From Trichoplax sp. H2 (lineage: Eukaryota), in the NCBI GenBank assembly GCA_003344405.1, contig NOWV01000001.1, positions 1,240,001-1,304,000 of the forward strand: DNA of 64,000 nt. The letters run 5' to 3'. Within the stretch, counting starts at the first letter, position 1. Each line of letters begins with the position of its first letter. Position numbers and translations under genes: made by a program. The notes under the pieces were generated by a model. That model searched no databases, was not told the DNA's origin, and worked only from the letters and a program-made list of their open reading frames with translations. Below, one piece after another: positions 43,180-54,847 of the stretch.

Positions 43180-43850
43180 ATTAGACTATGTTAAACATAT
43201 TTACTTTAAAGATTGAATACACCAATAGTTATGAAATTTCCTTAGTATAGTGTAGTAACTGTTAATCAAGACTTATCATTGACAGACTTGCGGTTATCAA
43301 TTTATAGTCTGGTGTAGTGAGACTCCTTGCCGCTAATTCATTCAAATTAGACCATGTTAAAGATGTTTATTTTAAAGATTGAATATGTCAACAGTTGTGA
43401 AATTCCTCAGTCTAGTGTAGTAACTGTTCGTCAAGACTCATCATTCACAAACACGCGCTTATCAATTTATAGTCTGGCGCGGTAAGGTTCCTAGTCGCTT
43501 AACTATAATTCGACAATGTTGAACTATAGACTACTAGATTTATCTAATAGTTCATGGTGAAACATATTTTATTTTTAAGATTGAATGCGTCAATAGTTGT
43601 GAAATTTTCTTCGTACAGTATAGTGTAATAACCGTTAGTCAAGACCCGTCATTGACAGACACGCGGATTATGAATTTATAATTTTGCACGTGAAGTTCCT
43701 AGTTACTTCATTAAAATTAGACTATGTTTAATCGTGGACTACTAGATATAACTAGATATAGCTAGATAAATCTAGTAGACCATGGTTCAACATTTTATTT
43801 TGAAGATTGAATGCGTCGATCGTTGTGCCGTTCGCTTAGTATAGTGTAGC
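43180..43850. repeat. Degenerate tandem repeat, ~170-220-bp unit, 3-4 copies
   Basis: Recurrent AGACYATGTTAAA...AAGATTGAAT...AATAGTTGTGAAAT...TAGTGTAGTAAC...TCAAGAC near 43180, 43346, 43550 and 43780. Confidence 0.75.
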
Positions 43851-44729
43851 AAACACTTGATGCATGCTAGTATTAAAGTTAGACAATCGGAACTGGAAAT
43901 AAAAGCGTACTACACTACAGTACAATCGCTTTCTGCACAAGACTGTAAAGCGCAAGCGCGTCCAAACTTTGCGGACGCTCTCACCAAAGTCACCATACAG
44001 AAATACTGTACAGTACTGTACACTAGTGCAGGGCTACAATACTGTACACTGTGCAGTATATACTGTAGTCGACCGTCATTAGCTGCATGATGACAGTGAT
44101 ATACAACATTGGTTTCTATGGATTTCAGCGCTGAACAAAATACTTGCTATGATCGACAGTTGATCACTATTTTAAGCTGCTGACTACCACTGAGGAATGA
44201 AGATAATATGAGTCATATAATCAATCAAATACGTCATGTTGTCGTTGTTATTCTATTTCAAATTCAAGTTCAAGTTATAAGTTATTAGAATGACAACATT
44301 GCCAGTGTTGGATCTATCTATCTATACTGTGGATTAACCATGACGCCAGTTATAGATTTATTCCTCTTTGTAGCCTACTGTAGAGTGGAATTTGTTTTGT
44401 ATGCAAAACAGTAATACGTATGATACAGTCAATGTGTAGTGAATGAATATCAATAACGATTGCTACATTTGTAGTACAACTTGAACAAGATTGTACTCTT
44501 CCCCTCTCTGTTGTTCATAAAGTGTAGCTTATAAATGATTGATGGTATATCCTCATCATCAATACCGTAATTAAGCCTGCAATTTTTCTCTTTCATAGTA
44601 AAACACTCTCCCGACTCATAAATCAACTGCAGAACGAAAACACCAAACATAGTCCAAAACAAGACGCTATTTAGAAGTGAAACTGGTTTGGATATAAACA
44701 ATCTTTTTCTCTAACGTCATGGCCTTTAG

Positions 44730-45030
44730 CGGTCGCTGATTGGCTAATCGATCAAACCAGAACATAGATTGATGCGTCATCGGCTTTCCAGTTCTAGTGT
44801 TGTCGCTCTACAGTACAGCAATAACAGGCTCAGGCGAATACAGTACAGTACTGTACATTGTACTGTGCACTGTACACGGTACACTCTGGCCTATTTTCAG
44901 ATTGGTGGATTAGTCAGTACGTTGAGCCGGTTGAGGCACCGGTTGTCGACCATTGATACAAGCGTACAGCGCCCACCACGAGTCCTATATTGGATACAGT
45001 CTTTCTTAATACAAACTGCCATTGGTCATT
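44730..45030. promoter_or_regulatory. Probable GLDC promoter region
   Basis: Locally GC/CpG-richer. Several ATTGG (CCAAT) boxes (44739, 44901, 44989, 45021), CRE-like TGATGCGTCA (44770) and a CAGTAC/GTACTG cluster (44809-44885), 270-570 bp upstream of the ATG. Confidence 0.5.
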
Positions 45031-45302
45031 GCTAGCTACAACAGTATATATAGAACGTATGAAATTTTTTTGGATTTATGTATAGGACTAACCAATGCCA
45101 GTGAAAACATTTACGTCAAAGAGTGTTTTTTATTTTTTATTTTTGGAGGGGGTTATTGCTGTAATATAAGGCTATCATTCCATTCTTTAAACATCACCAT
45201 CTGTATTCAATTTGTAAGGACAGTTTGGGAGGAAATTTGCCTACGATAGAAATCGACTTTGATCTTGTAAAAGTATAGCGGAAAACTCACTTGGCTCTCG
45301 CA

Positions 45303-48300
45303 ATGTATCGACTCAGTCGTTACGCTCGTTTGACTACAGCCTTGGTATCGTCGAGTAGAGGCATCGTTCATCAAGGTCGACGAAGATGCGCTACAGAATT
45401 GTCAGTGGAAATGCAATCGGATTCGGCTGAGAGTAGAAATGCAATGGTGGATGCTGGTAAAAAGGGCACTATATATCAATCAGTTCTACCTGCAAGTGAT
45501 TCCTTTATCAGACGCCATATCGGTCCAGGACCACAGGAACAAGCTGCTATGTTACAAGAATTAGGCTTACAGGTAAAAAGCGTACACAACGAGTTGTTAT
45601 CTTGACTGTATTCAACAGCATAGTCTACTGTTTGTCCATGTTATTTTCACCTTGCAACGGCTCAAAAGGACAAGCACTAAATCAACTCTTGGATACCTTT
45701 TCCATCACTGGATACGCACTAACATGAGAAGTCTGTATAAAAAATTACTCCAGCCACTACCATGAACTGTCGTCGAATAAGATAACCCTATTGTCAATGA
45801 ATACAACTAGCACTCCACTATGGACAGTCAACTACAGTAAACATCATCATCATCATCAATCAATGACTTTGTCCAACTGAAACCGAGCACTCTATTGACC
45901 GACAAGAAGTAAAACTTGATCCAACTAATGCAATCCCATCTTAAGCATACGTAGTCAGGAAATGACTTTGATTGCACTACTATTGTAAGCAATTATCTTC
46001 TATTAGAAATAATGGCTGGTCAGCTACTGCACTTTACTTTCCAGGAGTCAGGAAATTAGCCACTTTTATGGTAATGGTAGTCCAAGGTTTCGTAACCGAG
46101 GTCAACTACCATGATTTTATGGGTATTTCTATCAATCCAAAAACTGCGATCACCGTAGCCCATTTCATTACTCTTTAATCGTGCAAAAGATGCCTGATGT
46201 ATTGGATACAGCAATTTCATCTTACAATATCCCATTTCGATATGAAATTTGACACATTCAATAGCATTAGATTACTAAATGATAATAATTTTATTAGTCA
46301 TGATGCAATAGACTCACAATTGGATCTTTCTGTAGTCAATTGAGGAACTAATTGACCTGTCCGTGCCGGAAAATATCCGTATAAATCATCAGTTGAATTT
46401 ACAAGAGCCTTACGGTGAGTACCACAATGGATTGTATCGAAATTTTAGAAATGTCATAGCACTTATCAACCGCTGTATAGTAATTCAACTTTTCATTTGG
46501 ATAACCTCAATGAATACCACCATTTATCCTACATGAGTCATGCATGAATGCTTACACAGTTGTGACTGAAATAAATGCCATAGTTTCTTTTGTAATTGTA
46601 CTACTGTCAATCTGATAACATCTATTACTGCATGCATTTGAACTTCTTACTATAACAGGTATTATTCAACAACACTATTGACACTTCTACACATATTGCA
46701 TCTATATCACCAGATGAACGCAAGCTTTCCCTTAGAATTCAAAAAATTGCAGAAGAAAATAGAATTTTCCGATCCTATATTGGTATGGGCTATGCCGATT
46801 GTGTCGTTCCTAAGTGTATTAGAAGAGGTCTCTTTGAAAATGCTGGATGGTAAGTGCTAAAAATGACGTACAAGCTGAATAGGTAGCAGCCAACTCAATA
46901 CCTAACTCGAAAGTATTCTTGCCAGGAATACTATCACTGCAATACTCTTAACTTATTTTATAGAAGTACATATACAGTAGAAGTAGCCATCGAGAATATA
47001 CAGTAAATACTGACCCTATGCATAAACTTTTATCAGTCGTGTACTTTAAAATTGAATTGAACGAACTTGGCGATAATACAAGCTCAGCGTTACTAATGTA
47101 GTGAGTCATCATCTGAAGCTACAAAATTGAATTTTCCAAATTATAATTCCAAGCTTGGATTGATTTCTATCTCGCAAACAAAAATTGATCAATTTCTTTA
47201 ATAAGCTAGTTATCCTAGGCAAATTAAAATTTTACGGTTATATTAGACATATTTCTTCGATATCCTCCCTGCATAAACAATACAAGAGTAGGCTGACGTA
47301 CAGTACTACAAACCTTCCTTACGTATTAATCTACTATGATTCTGATAAAATTCTAAATTTAGTGTTTATGTGCTGAATAATGCTGCGCTGTTTAATTTAC
47401 TTAATCAAGCGTACAACGCTATACAAATGTTCGAGAACGGCTAACGGTCAGCATTCTTAAACACTGTCACTTCGTATTCTCTGTGTTATAGTATCGCTTT
47501 TATTGGATCTTTAGCACTTTGTTCTAAATTCTAGTCATTAACTATAATTTCGAAGTACTAATGATAAGAACGTAACGTGCATTCCATGCTATACGTATTG
47601 CACCATTGCAAGGCATCAGAAGTATTTTTACCATTCAATTCTTTTAAAGAATGATATCTAGCGTGAATCTCTACAAGTATTACAAAATTGCTCTGATATA
47701 ACATTCTACTATCTGTGTGGTAGGCGATTCTTGATTCATACCAACATAGTTGGCTTTTAAATTTGAAGTCTTTTTCACACTTTGATCGCAACTTTAGTAC
47801 CGTGCTGGTAGCTCATATTGACCCCATTAGTGTAGACGATTTTTTATACTTTTTTTTCGACTTTCCTAGCAGTACTCATGACACCACAATTTTCGCATTA
47901 CCCATACGATATTCTCAATCACTAAATTTATGGCATCATTAGTGATACATAGTTACTAAACCTACAGTATTCCTATTGGCATCAGTTACAAGTATGATTC
48001 CCTTCACTTTATGCTCGACCACGACCAATCATGCTCATCAATACTATTGTGAGTAGAGATACACGTATTGTATGCTTATAATATTTGATTTGCATGCTTC
48101 AAATTATATTTTAAAATTTTTAATTAGGTACTGACAATAATTCTGCTAACATGATGCACAAAAATAATATTTGTTCTTGTCCTTACGACTTTATACAGTA
48201 AATCTTTCAACTATTGATTTAGGATTACCCAATATACACCATACCAGCCGGAAATCTCGCAGGGCAGACTAGAAAGTTTATTAAATTATCAAACTATGGT

Positions 48301-51300
48301 TTCGGATTTAACGGGATTGCCAATGGCTAATTCATCATTACTGGATGAAGGTACAGCTGCAGCGGAAGCTATGTCTTTGTGTTTTCGGTAAGAGCTATTC
48401 ATCATAGGATGCCTTACTTTATTTCTTGGCACATTATATTTTAGATATGTCGTGCATGTATAGAAGAAAGTTATTAATACCCTTGTCCATAAATCGTTTC
48501 TATTCAAATTTTACCAAATTTACAGTACAGAAATATACTACTGCAGGTTATATTTAGTAGCTTACATCAGTTTACACTACACTACAGATAAGCATCGGAT
48601 GTTTTACGGTACATAGTACTGATATAACTTTTAATCTGCTGTTCATCATATGCAGTGCATAAAGCAGCACATTAGAGCAATGTAGCAAATAATTAGTCCT
48701 AATATTCAGACTTCCTTAGGTTTTCAGTTTTCGAACTTGAACCAATACGTATTCATTAATTATATATTGTACCAAGTACATGCATATGTACCATATAGTA
48801 CCTAGGATTAAATTCATGTTGAAATGCGGGGCAAATAGAAGATACTCAAAAGTATTAGACGCTACTCAGCTAGTATAGCCTTCTTAAAAAAGAAATTTAT
48901 ACAAGCTAGGGTTGATGTCATGTAAATGAGTGAATTACTAAACGCTTATATTTTGTAATCCGAATGTTATGTTCAGTTTTTCTAGCATTCAGTAAGTGCA
49001 GTAGGAATTATTATTTAAATAATCTGTGCAACGATAGTACTATAGCTATCGAGATTCTTAAAGATCCAATAACATTTAAATATATTATCATAAACATCTA
49101 ATGTACAAATTTAATGATCCATAATTAAGTACTCAACGACCGACAATTTACACTCGGTATGTTTACATTGAGCACACTGATCTCTAGTACACCTCGATAT
49201 GCACTGCTGTTGTAGCCTATATGGGGACTAAATTAACTCCAATGCTGAGGTATTCGGTGTACTTACGGTGAAGTTCCGCTGATTCAATATTACTGTAACA
49301 CAAGTTCAGCCAAAAAAAACGTTAGGGGGCTACCCTAGCTTCACATAACCGTTCCTAATCAGGAGGCTCGCTAGATATCTCCCAATCGTTTCCGCTTTAC
49401 TATGCATAGGGTTGGACCCTATACAAACTGTATCAGCCGTATCTACGCATTTATAAGGTAGTCAATTATGAATTACTCCAATTATGGGATGCCGATGACG
49501 TCATCGATACAGATGGACATAAGCTTGGAAAGGGCAGCTTCTACCTTTAGTACAGTAGTCCCTGGTTACAGTATATGAATATTACTGCAAAGCCAGATTT
49601 ACGGTCTTACCACGGCATGAGTATACCTTACATTGACTTTTGAGTAGCGACATAGAATGCAATGATGGAAAAATCTGGAGTTATGAATAGCTAGGCTTAC
49701 AGTGATATCAAGCACGCCACTCGGTAAAGGGTAAATTGACTAAATTCTGTTCACTTAATCCCCTTTGCGTATATTATTTCATAAATAAATGCCGATACCA
49801 TTCCGTAATAGCCGCGATATATTCACACTATGGGCAGTAAATAGAAATACTATACTGGAGACTTAACAATTAATATATAACTTAAATTTTTAAACACTAT
49901 TATCGTTATAGGCATTTTATCAGAGATAAACATAAGAACAAATTCTTAGTGGATGAACAATGCCATCCTCAAACTATTGCTGTGGTCAAGACACGAGCTA
50001 GGTTAAGAGAATGGAAATTGACATATTTGCTTTTTCGCTATTGTTTACTATAGTTATTAAGAGATTAATTTATTGCTTGCTTTATTATAGCCCTGTTAAC
50101 GCGAAAGTAATTGTTGGTCCTTATAAAGACTTCGATTTTACTGGCGGTGACGTAGCTGGGGTACTTATTCAGTACCCTGATACCAATGGCGCTGTGTACG
50201 ACATTGAACAGTTGATACAAAAGATACATGAGAATGGGGTTTGTAGTAATTAATAATAATGTTACCTAGTGGACAAACTTTCAAAATCCACCAGCTTATA
50301 CAATTCTTATATGATGAACGGCAGGCATTAGCTGTTTGTGCAACAGATCTTCTTGCTTTAACACTCTTGAAACCACCCGGAGAATTTGGAGCTGACATCT
50401 GCATTGGTAACAGTCAGCGATTTGGTGTTCCTCTCGGTAATATTATTTGCTTTGCAATATGTTTAACTATTAGCTTTAATCTTATAGTTAGCTCTTATAA
50501 TAATGATACTATTTTTACACAAGCTATCTAATAGAAAATATGAAAATTATATTAAAAAGCCTGCTTAAATAGCATATTGTTTTAAAAAGCTCTTGTAAAT
50601 TTTCATAAAAGTGTTAAATTTCTGTGATGTAAACGTAGGTTACGGAGGCCCTCATGCGGCTTTTTTCGCTACTCGAGCAGATATGGCTAGGTTAATTCCA
50701 GGAAGAGTGATTGGAGTTTCTAAGTAAGAAAAATAATATTTTTACGCTTAGATTAAATGACTGTCACTTTCATTTTAAAAGTATTAAAGACTCCTTGCGT
50801 CATATTAACAGAGACACTGAAAACAATCCAGCCTTTCGATTGGCATTACAAACTCGCGAACAACATATTAGAAGAGCGAAAGCAACTAGTAATATTTGTA
50901 CGGCTCAGGTATATAACATAGTGATAATCACTTTAGTAACTAAAATTCATCAATGATCTCTACATTTTACCAATAAATAAATATTGTAAATCTTCTAATT
51001 ATAAATATCCCTGGTATTGAGAGGCAGTCATCGAGTTGCGTAGGAGTTACTAGCAAAGTGATGGTTTAATCTGTTATTTTCGCATCTCTAATGGCATATA
51101 AACTTACTGCAGGCATTATTGGCTAATATGTCAGCTATGTATGCAGTGTATCATGGGCCGAAAGGATTAAAAGAAATAGCTACAAGAGTACACAATGCCG
51201 CGTTATTGTTAGCCGAAGGTTAGATTTTAGCAGTTTTAACTTAAGCCGCATTTATCAATTGTATTTGCTATCTCACTAAGTACAGAACCGTTATTTTATA

Positions 51301-54300
51301 CGCTTATTAGCAATTTTCACAATTCGTTTTATAGACTGTTTCAATTATTAACACCATTTGTTACTTGGATATATTCTTACTGTATTGTATTCAAATATAA
51401 AATAGAATATTAAGTTTGCATTCGATCAAATGAATTATATCACTAAGGTTAGAACAAATCAAATTACTTTTGACTGTTAGGACTACTTCGGGCTGGTCAT
51501 CAAATTCCAGCAGAACCATTCTTTGATACTGTAAAGGTAATTTGTAATATGCATATACGCGTATACATATATCACACACAAAAAGTTTCTAATGTACGGT
51601 ATATGATCGATTTCATTAATGTACCAGTTTCTGTGTTAAAGTTCTCTTAAAAAATTAAATTAAAAATCAGATAACGCTATCCGAGAGGAACTCAACTGAA
51701 ATTATGAAAAGGGCAACCAAATGTAAATTAAATTTTCGAAAGTTCGATGAGACAACGGTACTTATGCTGAAATACGTACATTTTTATTTCTTATTCACAG
51801 TCTCCCTTTCTCCAGATTCAACTTATGTACATAGTATGACATAATTTGGTTTTTAGGTTAGCGTGACTTTAGACGAAACTGTGGACGAAAATGATTTAAA
51901 TGATTTACTTTGGGTCTTTGGCCTATATTACAACGTTGTATGTATTACAGATTTATGGTAGATATTTTCGCTTTAGGTTATAGCAAGATTATATCTTATA
52001 TTTTGCAAAGAAAGTAAATATCCTTTTACTGCTGTTCTAATACATATATATCGGATTGACAGGAAACACTAAGCCGTAAGATTGAAGCTGAAGGCAGAAA
52101 AGTTATCAGTGATGTTGTTGGCGGTCGGTTTGAAAGAGCTAGCCCATATTTACAACATCCTGTTTTTAACACTTATCACACTGAAACCGACATTGTTAGA
52201 TACATGAAACATCTTGAGAATAAGGATTTATCTTTAGTTCATTCTATGATTCCCCTGGTACGCTGGAAACATAGTGATACATACTCAGATAGCTTGGTTT
52301 TAATTCAATTTTAAATAATCTTGTAGGGTTCCTGCACAATGAAACTTAATGGATCAACCGAATTAGAGGTTAGCATTCTTTTTTAAGCTAGGAATATTCA
52401 AACTAACCTGAATTCACAAATCGCTATCTCTAATCTAGCCCTCATCTATGCCTGAATTTTCTGAACTTCATCCTTTTATACCATCGGAACAAGCACAAGG
52501 CTACCGTACACTCTTTAAAGAATTAGAAACAGATTTATGTGAAATAACTGGATTCGACAACGTTTGCTTCCAACCTAATAGGTATAGCTTTGATACTTTT
52601 AATCATACAAATACTTTAATAAGAAAATTTAAATCTTTAACTTAAAAGTCTTTGTTAATTACTTCAATATATAGTGGCGCTCAAGGGGAATATACTGGTC
52701 TACGAACAATCAAGCAATACTATGAATACCATGGGCAAGGCCATCGAAATGTAAGACGTCATTAATAAAATTAACATGTACGTACTCATGTTATGAAATT
52801 ATTTGTTCACGGATGCCTTTTGCTATATTTTAGGTCTGCCTAATACCTAAATCTGCCCATGGTACTAATCCAGCTAGTGCAACTATGGCTGGATTGAAAG
52901 TTGAGGAAGTTGCTGTTGATCAGAAGACAGGATATATTGATATGCTTGACTTGAAAAAGAAGGTTCAATCAATTAATTTTTTCTCATCATAATTGGTGTT
53001 TTGATAAGCTGTCGTATTAAATGAATCATTTATTACTTATCTTCATCTATCTTGTACTGTATTCCGTAATTAGGCTGAAAAATTTAAAGATACACTAATT
53101 TCGTTTATGGTAACATATCCTTCTACGTATGGTATCTTCGAGGAGAATATTCGGTAATTTTTAGCTTTAAATGATAATGCATACTTTTTCTGCCTCTTAA
53201 ATTATTTTTTCTATTGGTTTAAACTTTAGTGAAATGTGTGACTTAATTCATGACTTTGGGGGCCAGGTATACATGGATGGTGCAAATATGAACGCACAAG
53301 TTGGTATATGCCGCCCGGGAGACTTTGGAGCTGATGTTTCCCATCTTAACTTACATAAGACATTTTGCATTCCTCATGGCGGTGGTGGTCCAGGAATGGG
53401 TCCAATTGGAGTGTATGTAAAATTCTTTTTTTTTAAGTTGAACGATAGGTATTAGCATTAGTTGTAATCTTGAATTTGATCTTCAGGAAACGACATCTTA
53501 CACCGTTTTTACCAACCCATCCAATTACTCCTCCCGCTACTGAAGGAGAGTTACACCCTTTTGGAGTGATCTCATCATCAGCATGGGGATCTTCTGCGAT
53601 CTTACCTATATCGTGGGCTTATATTAAATTAATGGGTCGTAAAGGATTAAAGCATGCATCGGAGGTACAGTACTATAATGTGCTATGTTTGACATAATAA
53701 ATTATAACTTATCGCATTCTTGTCGTGTACAACATAGATTGCTATCCTAAACGCTAATTATATGGCGAAAAGATTAAGTAAATACTACAACTTGCAGTTT
53801 ACAGGCGAAAATGGTAAATAACCGACTGACCTTATATTCTCTTACTACAGTATTGCATCGCTATACAATATAAATATTTGATATTGATCTTATTTAAAGG
53901 TTACGTAGCACATGAATTCATACTTGATGTAACACCATTCAAAAGTGTAAAAATCGAAGCTATAGATATCGCTAAACGACTACAAGATTATGGTATAAAA
54001 TTGTATTGACTATTTGAGTAATGATTAGCGGAATTGACTATGCTTGCTAACAGAAATTATCATCAATATCGTCAATTTTACGTAATTAGGTTTTCATGCT
54101 CCTACAATGTCATGGCCTGTAGTAGGCGCTTTAATGATCGAACCTACCGAATGTGAAAGTAAAATGGAAATGGATCGATATTGCGATGCCCTCATTCGTA
54201 AGTCGTTAGTAGCTTTGCATTCTTATTAAAATACTTAAAATGCTATTTATTTACGTCGTCAATGAATTGTGCGTATGCTCAGAAATTCGACAAGAAATAA

Positions 54301-54847
54301 TGAACATTGAGGAGGGAAAAATGGATCCAGTTGTAAATCCATTGAAGGTCAGTACTTACATTCTTGCTGGTCGATTGATTGATTTACTTTGCAACATTCT
54401 GTATCATACTAAAGTGTTTTACACGAATAACAGATGGCACCACATACGCAGCAAATTGTATCATCCAGTAACTGGAATCGGCCATACTCAAGGGAGCAGG
54501 CAGTTTATCCAGCTGTAAGTTTATGGGTGTTTAAATTATATTGCTACATTAGCAGAAATCTTTTTTGTAAAATTATGTAAAAGCTACTCAGGTTTAGTGA
54601 TTTAAAAAATCTCTTGTTTGCAATCAATGTGAAAAGCTTTCATAAGCGACATAAGTTAAACTGAATCTTTATTCATTATATCTGACTCTATTAGCCGTGG
54701 TTGCGGTATAAAAAGTTCTGGCCCTCGTGCGCTCGAGTAAATGATGAATATGGTGATCGCAACTTAGTATGTACATGCCCTCCAATGGATTCATATGAAT
54801 CTAAAGCGCCTGAAGTTATCGCAGATAAAGCGAAAATGACTGCTTAA
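45303..54847 (+). CDS. GLDC: Glycine dehydrogenase (decarboxylating), mitochondrial; glycine cleavage system P protein; 27 exons, ~1037 aa
   Basis: Manually spliced GT-AG exons: 45303-45572, 46336-46414, 46714-46849, 48223-48387, 49912-50001, 50091-50238, 50325-50436, 50639-50723, 50812-50908, 51113-51218, 51481-51536, 51671-51757, 51857-51937, 52063-52257, 52327-52368, 52439-52581, 52675-52750, 52834-52962, 53074-53153, 53230-53412, 53487-53664, 53738-53813, 53900-53992, 54090-54197, 54283-54347, 54434-54514, 54695-54847 (3114 nt, in frame). Arg-rich mitochondrial presequence, [25 protein letters not shown]-lysine motif [23 protein letters not shown]-terminal [12 protein letters not shown]. 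Confidence 0.97.
49312..49319 (-). terminator. Pol III oligo-T terminator (T8)
   Basis: A8 on the plus strand directly after the 3' hairpin of the U6-like RNA. Confidence 0.7.
49312..49424 (-). ncRNA. Divergent U6-like snRNA (~110 nt, Pol III), antisense within GLDC intron 4
   Basis: Minus strand reads GUAUAGGGUCCAACCCUAUGC AUAGUAAAGCGGAAACGAU UGGGAGA UAUC U AGC GAGCCUCCUGAUUAGGAACGGUU AU GUGAAGC UAGGGUAGCCCCCUA ACG UUUUUUUU. It has an 8-bp 5' hairpin, a core colinear with U6 (AUAcUAAA..GGAACGAU-acaGAGA-agau-UAGC..CCUG..AGGA..GUGAAGC), an internal stem-loop and a U8 terminator. Confidence 0.75.
49449..49506 (-). promoter_or_regulatory. Type-3 Pol III promoter of the U6-like RNA: TATA box, PSE-like element and upstream CRE palindrome
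   Basis: TATAAAT begins at 49455, exactly -31 from the G at 49424. TCCCATAATTGGAG lies at about -65 to -52, the usual PSE position. The perfect 14-bp palindrome CGATGACGTCATCG is at 49493-49506. Confidence 0.7.

Noticed and set aside
44450-44701. 83-aa minus-strand ORF divergent from GLDC
   Set aside because: Non-ATG start, no recognisable domain, and no supporting exon chain.
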